Positions 60,381-64,000 of a DNA stretch of 64,000 nt are shown one piece after another. The translations under genes and the position numbers were made by a program. Source of the DNA: Halocafeteria seosinensis (lineage: Eukaryota); contig LVLI01000308.1 of NCBI GenBank assembly GCA_001687465.1, forward strand, positions 1 through 64,000, given 5' to 3'. Under the pieces are notes generated by a model, which was not told the DNA's origin, did not search any database, and was given only the letters and a program-made list of their open reading frames with translations. Each line of letters begins with the position of its first letter. Within the stretch, counting starts at the first letter, position 1.

Positions 60381-63300
60381 TTATACAGTGTTGTCTCGTT
60401 CCGAAGGAAAGGGATCTCCTCTCCGAACGTTGTTGTTTCCGCTAGTTGGGAAGGCAAAATATTGATAAATGTTTCTCTGAGGCACCACGTCCTCATCGGA
60501 CTCATTATCGAGATCCCTGAGGGCAGGCTCGTTCTCTCTTAGGCCATCGGAAGGGAACACATCTTCATCCGATTCAGTGTCGAACCGCAACGTACCACCT
60601 AAGAAGCCATGGTCCTCATCATGATCCGAACTTTCTTCTTCCGAGCTAGTTAGAGGTTCATCATTTAGTGCATGAGCGTAGCCAGTGGCTTCATCTACGA
60701 GGACTGTGTCATCGATGATACGGTTCCCTGAGCCATGTAACGGATTGAACTGTTGCTTGAGACGACGCTGCCTTTCTTCCTTCCCTTTCCGCTGATACCA
60801 ATAGTAGCAAAGCCACACCAAAATGCAAATTAACAAAAATGCGAATGCACCGAGGGAGAAAAACATTGGCGATAAAGCCGAGGTACCACCGATAAGAGAA
60901 GATGAACTTCTTCCGAACCCGACCACTCTAATATCTGTGATCGTGACGTCGTCAGTGCTGTTTACTATGTTGTTGTGGAGTAACAGTTCGGGGAGTGTAA
61001 GGCGCAAATCGTTCTCCAACATATCTTTGATTGAGTCATCTTCCAAATGCCGTTGAGACGAAGTCAGCTCTCTGCGGTTCCTCGCCAGTCCTTCATGAAT
61101 CAACTGCAAGGAAACAATTTGATGAGGCGTGTGCGTCTCCGTAACTTCCTCAACAAAAAGATTAGAGTCAGCAAACAAGGAACTGGCGGAGGTCACTGAG
61201 TTGAGAAGCCCCGCTAACTGAGGGTATCGGAGCTGAAGAATGAGGGTATTGTTCAGCTTTAGAGAGATCTCTACATATTCCGACACCGATAGGCTCTCCC
61301 GATTTGAAAAGAATTTTACCGGCCAATCTTCGAAAGAGAAGACGGGACTTAAAGTGACATTTGGAATCATGTTATCAAACCTGTCTACTACAGCTCCCTC
61401 GTCCAGAGCAAGCGCTATTGCTTGCGCGTCAATGGGTGGGCCAATGTTAAAGCTCATTTCTCGTTGCGGCTTGAAGTCGCTAAGATCGAATGTGCGAAGC
61501 GTCTGAAGACGTTGGTGTCGCGAGCAAGCAGTGCCGTTCCTGCAAGAATACGTCCAGACAGAGACAGAGTCCACGGATCCTGCGAACGAGAATGATTCAT
61601 GCGCTAATAGGATAAAATGTACACGAGGGAACCGGATTGAATCCAGTTGCGTCGAGAGCTGAGGTGGAAAGATATCCCGCATGAAATGAAAGTAGTAGTT
61701 TTTATCAAGAGTATTGCCTGCTTTGTCAAAGAACGCTCTCTTTGGGATCTCTAATGACACTCTGCCCTCCATAGTACCGGAAACATCTACAGCAAGCAAG
61801 TATACAGAGTCTGCTCCAGTGAAATTGGCCGGCAATCTAGAAAGAGTTTTCTCATTAATCACTGCAGCCTCTCCGTCGTCGTACGAAAATCCTGGGTCAT
61901 CAAATACAATACGACGAAGACTGTCTACTGATGCACCGGAAACTAGTATTGAGGCTTCTTCGTGAGCTAGTCCTCGCGCTCCCTGTGCTGGCTCCGTAGG
62001 GATATCGTTAGGCGTAACAACTTTGTTGAACAGTAGAATTATCTCCATACGCGACGCCTTCCAGTTTTCTCCTTCACCGATAGGTGTGACAACTTCTACC
62101 TGAGGTGGTACTCCATCGAACCAGGTGGCAGCGCGGACTTCCGCCTTTAAGACAACTCCCCGAGTATCCATGAGGAAATTAGGACGGATAGCAAGTTCTA
62201 CTCGGCCGCGTCTAAGGTGGTCCAGTCTTATCAGCCACATATGCTCATCGCTACTCAATCGGGAGATGGAAGCGATGCCCTCTGCACCGGTGCTTTCCCC
62301 CTCCACATTGATACAAAACGCATTGCTGGAAAAGTTTGCAAGGGCATGACTTGATACCAGTAAGAATGTTAATAGATCTGAGCTAGGTCGGGAATCTTTC
62401 AAAGTCTCCTGTGCATACAGAGAAACTTCCAGTGGAGGTAAAGAAGGAGATGGGGAGGCTGTAATCGTTACCGTTGGGGAAGGCGTCGGCGTGAACATGC
62501 CACTAAATCTTGACACTAACGTCTGCGAGGAAACATGAGTAGCGGCCACCGTGAAAGGCGGTAAAGTTATCGTCGCATCAGCAAAACAGTTCTCAACGAC
62601 TCTCGCCGTAAACGAATATGTTAGATTTGCTTGAACTTCCATCCATGTCTCCGAGAATAATTCAATACAATCTACATCGAACTCGGTGGTGCTGAGAGGG
62701 TACGCAATCTCTCGGTTGAACGCTGCGATTACCACAAACCTCGAGGAGCCGCTGAAACCGTTATGGAACTCCGGAAGGAGAGGAGCGTTGAGGGATAGGT
62801 GAATAGAGGGTCCTGGAGTGCGACTCACGCTGGATGTGGGACTCACGGTAGCTGTCACACTAGGAGTAGAGGAAGGTGATGTACCTACAGTAGAAGTCGG
62901 AGTGATGCTTGCTGAGGGAGTCGCGGTAGGTGTGGGCCTGACGCATATGTTGTCCAGACATGTCTTCGACTCACAGTCATTTCCAGTCACGCACTCCTTT
63001 CCAAACAGGCACGGCGGGCAATTGAGCCCACCACAATCCACATCGGTTTCGTTATTGTCTTCTTTTCCGTCGAAACAACTATGGGGATATATGCACACCA
63101 AGGTGTCAGCATCACAATGGTTTGTTAAGCAGTGTAGATCCTGTCTGCAAGGCTTCTCTAGGGAGACACGACATTTTTGTTCTACACACTTTCCATCAAA
63201 CGCGCAGTCTTGATTTAAGACACATTCAGCACCCGGAGGACAAGTTTCGGGACAAAGAGTACCTCCACAGTCAGTGTCAGTCTCGAAACCGAAATTAAGC

Positions 63301-64000
63301 GTGCCATCAGTACAAGATGGACGGCTACAACTACCATTTAGACACATCCCAGAAATGCACGAAGCATTCCACTCACAGACCTGAGTAGCGTCTGGTACAT
63401 AGTCCGGACTACGCCCGAGGAGAGTGTTCGTCTGATTTACTTGCACAGCAGCAAGCGTGGATAGTTCCTCTATCTGAAGTCTCAAACTGGGGACCAAAGT
63501 GTTATTTGTCCCCTCGAAGACGCAACTACCGTCATCTACTTGTGCTTGTGGATTGTAATTCTGCGAGGTATTTCAACATAAATAAAATGACAGTAACGTA
63601 TACCTCGCTAGAAACTGCAGCGGGACGTACCTTTGCCAAAGGGTATGTGCAACCAGTTTGGAACATCTCGCAAGTTCCGTCATCCAATGTAGCGTCTGGA
63701 TCGTAGTTTTGCGACGTGGGGCAAGTACATCCTACGACGTGGCCGGACGGCAGTATACAGGTGCCATCGTTAGATCGTGCTCTTGGGTCATAGTTCACAG
63801 CGATTGGATAAGTACATCCTCTTGGTAAAAGAAAATCGCAAGAGCGATCATTGACCGTGGCTAAGGGGTTAAAATTTATCGCAGTCAAATTCGTGCAGCC
63901 ATGAATATCACCGATGAATTTGGAAGCGTTGCACTTGATAAGGTTTGATACTCCCGAAACGGTTCCATTGCTGATGATGCCCACGTTGCACAAGTACACA
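60381..64000 (-). CDS. C-terminal part of a paralog of the giant surface protein (continues beyond the window)
   Basis: Same domain order: LCNV..S.G.V.GV, four GCT repeats, ETDTDCGG/ETDVDCGG, TPTATP, FHNG.SGSS.F, Ig-like region, TM FFSLGAFAFLLICILVWLCYYWY, acidic tail. Intron 63561-63630 joins the two ORF-track pieces. Confidence 0.9.

Noticed and set aside
1..64000. CRISPR arrays, rRNA, tRNA, telomeric repeats, introner-like repeated introns
   Set aside because: None seen by eye. Intron sequences are mutually dissimilar apart from splice signals.

Overview
Eukaryotic genomic DNA with short (about 60-100 bp) GT-AG introns. It probably comes from a flagellated protist: there is an EFHB/CFAP21 homolog, and a stramenopile-like identity is my inference only. 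The left third holds housekeeping genes (EFHB, CPT2, a class IV sirtuin, a CD36/SCARB receptor, cyclin Y), two orphan ORFs, and a double-chromodomain-like pseudogene broken by two reconstructable transposon lesions. The window is dominated by a giant (about 11,060 aa spliced) predicted single-pass surface protein at about 21.8-55.3 kb. In order it has a signal-like segment, LRRs on micro-exons, a Thr/Ser/Pro stalk, about 27 glycine-rich ~350-aa modules on one 29.5-kb exon (with a 3-module, ~3-kb higher-order period), prokaryote-style GCT..DDGSC and ETDxDCGG Cys repeats, Ig-like domains, one TM helix and an acidic tail. A diverged paralog with the same C-terminal architecture and intron position faces it tail-to-tail and runs off the right edge. 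Two non-LTR retroelement families are present: a (GT)n-tailed family in three nested 5'-truncated copies (two with TSDs), and a CRE-like RLE family in two remnants. All calls are from reading the sequence; no searches were run.
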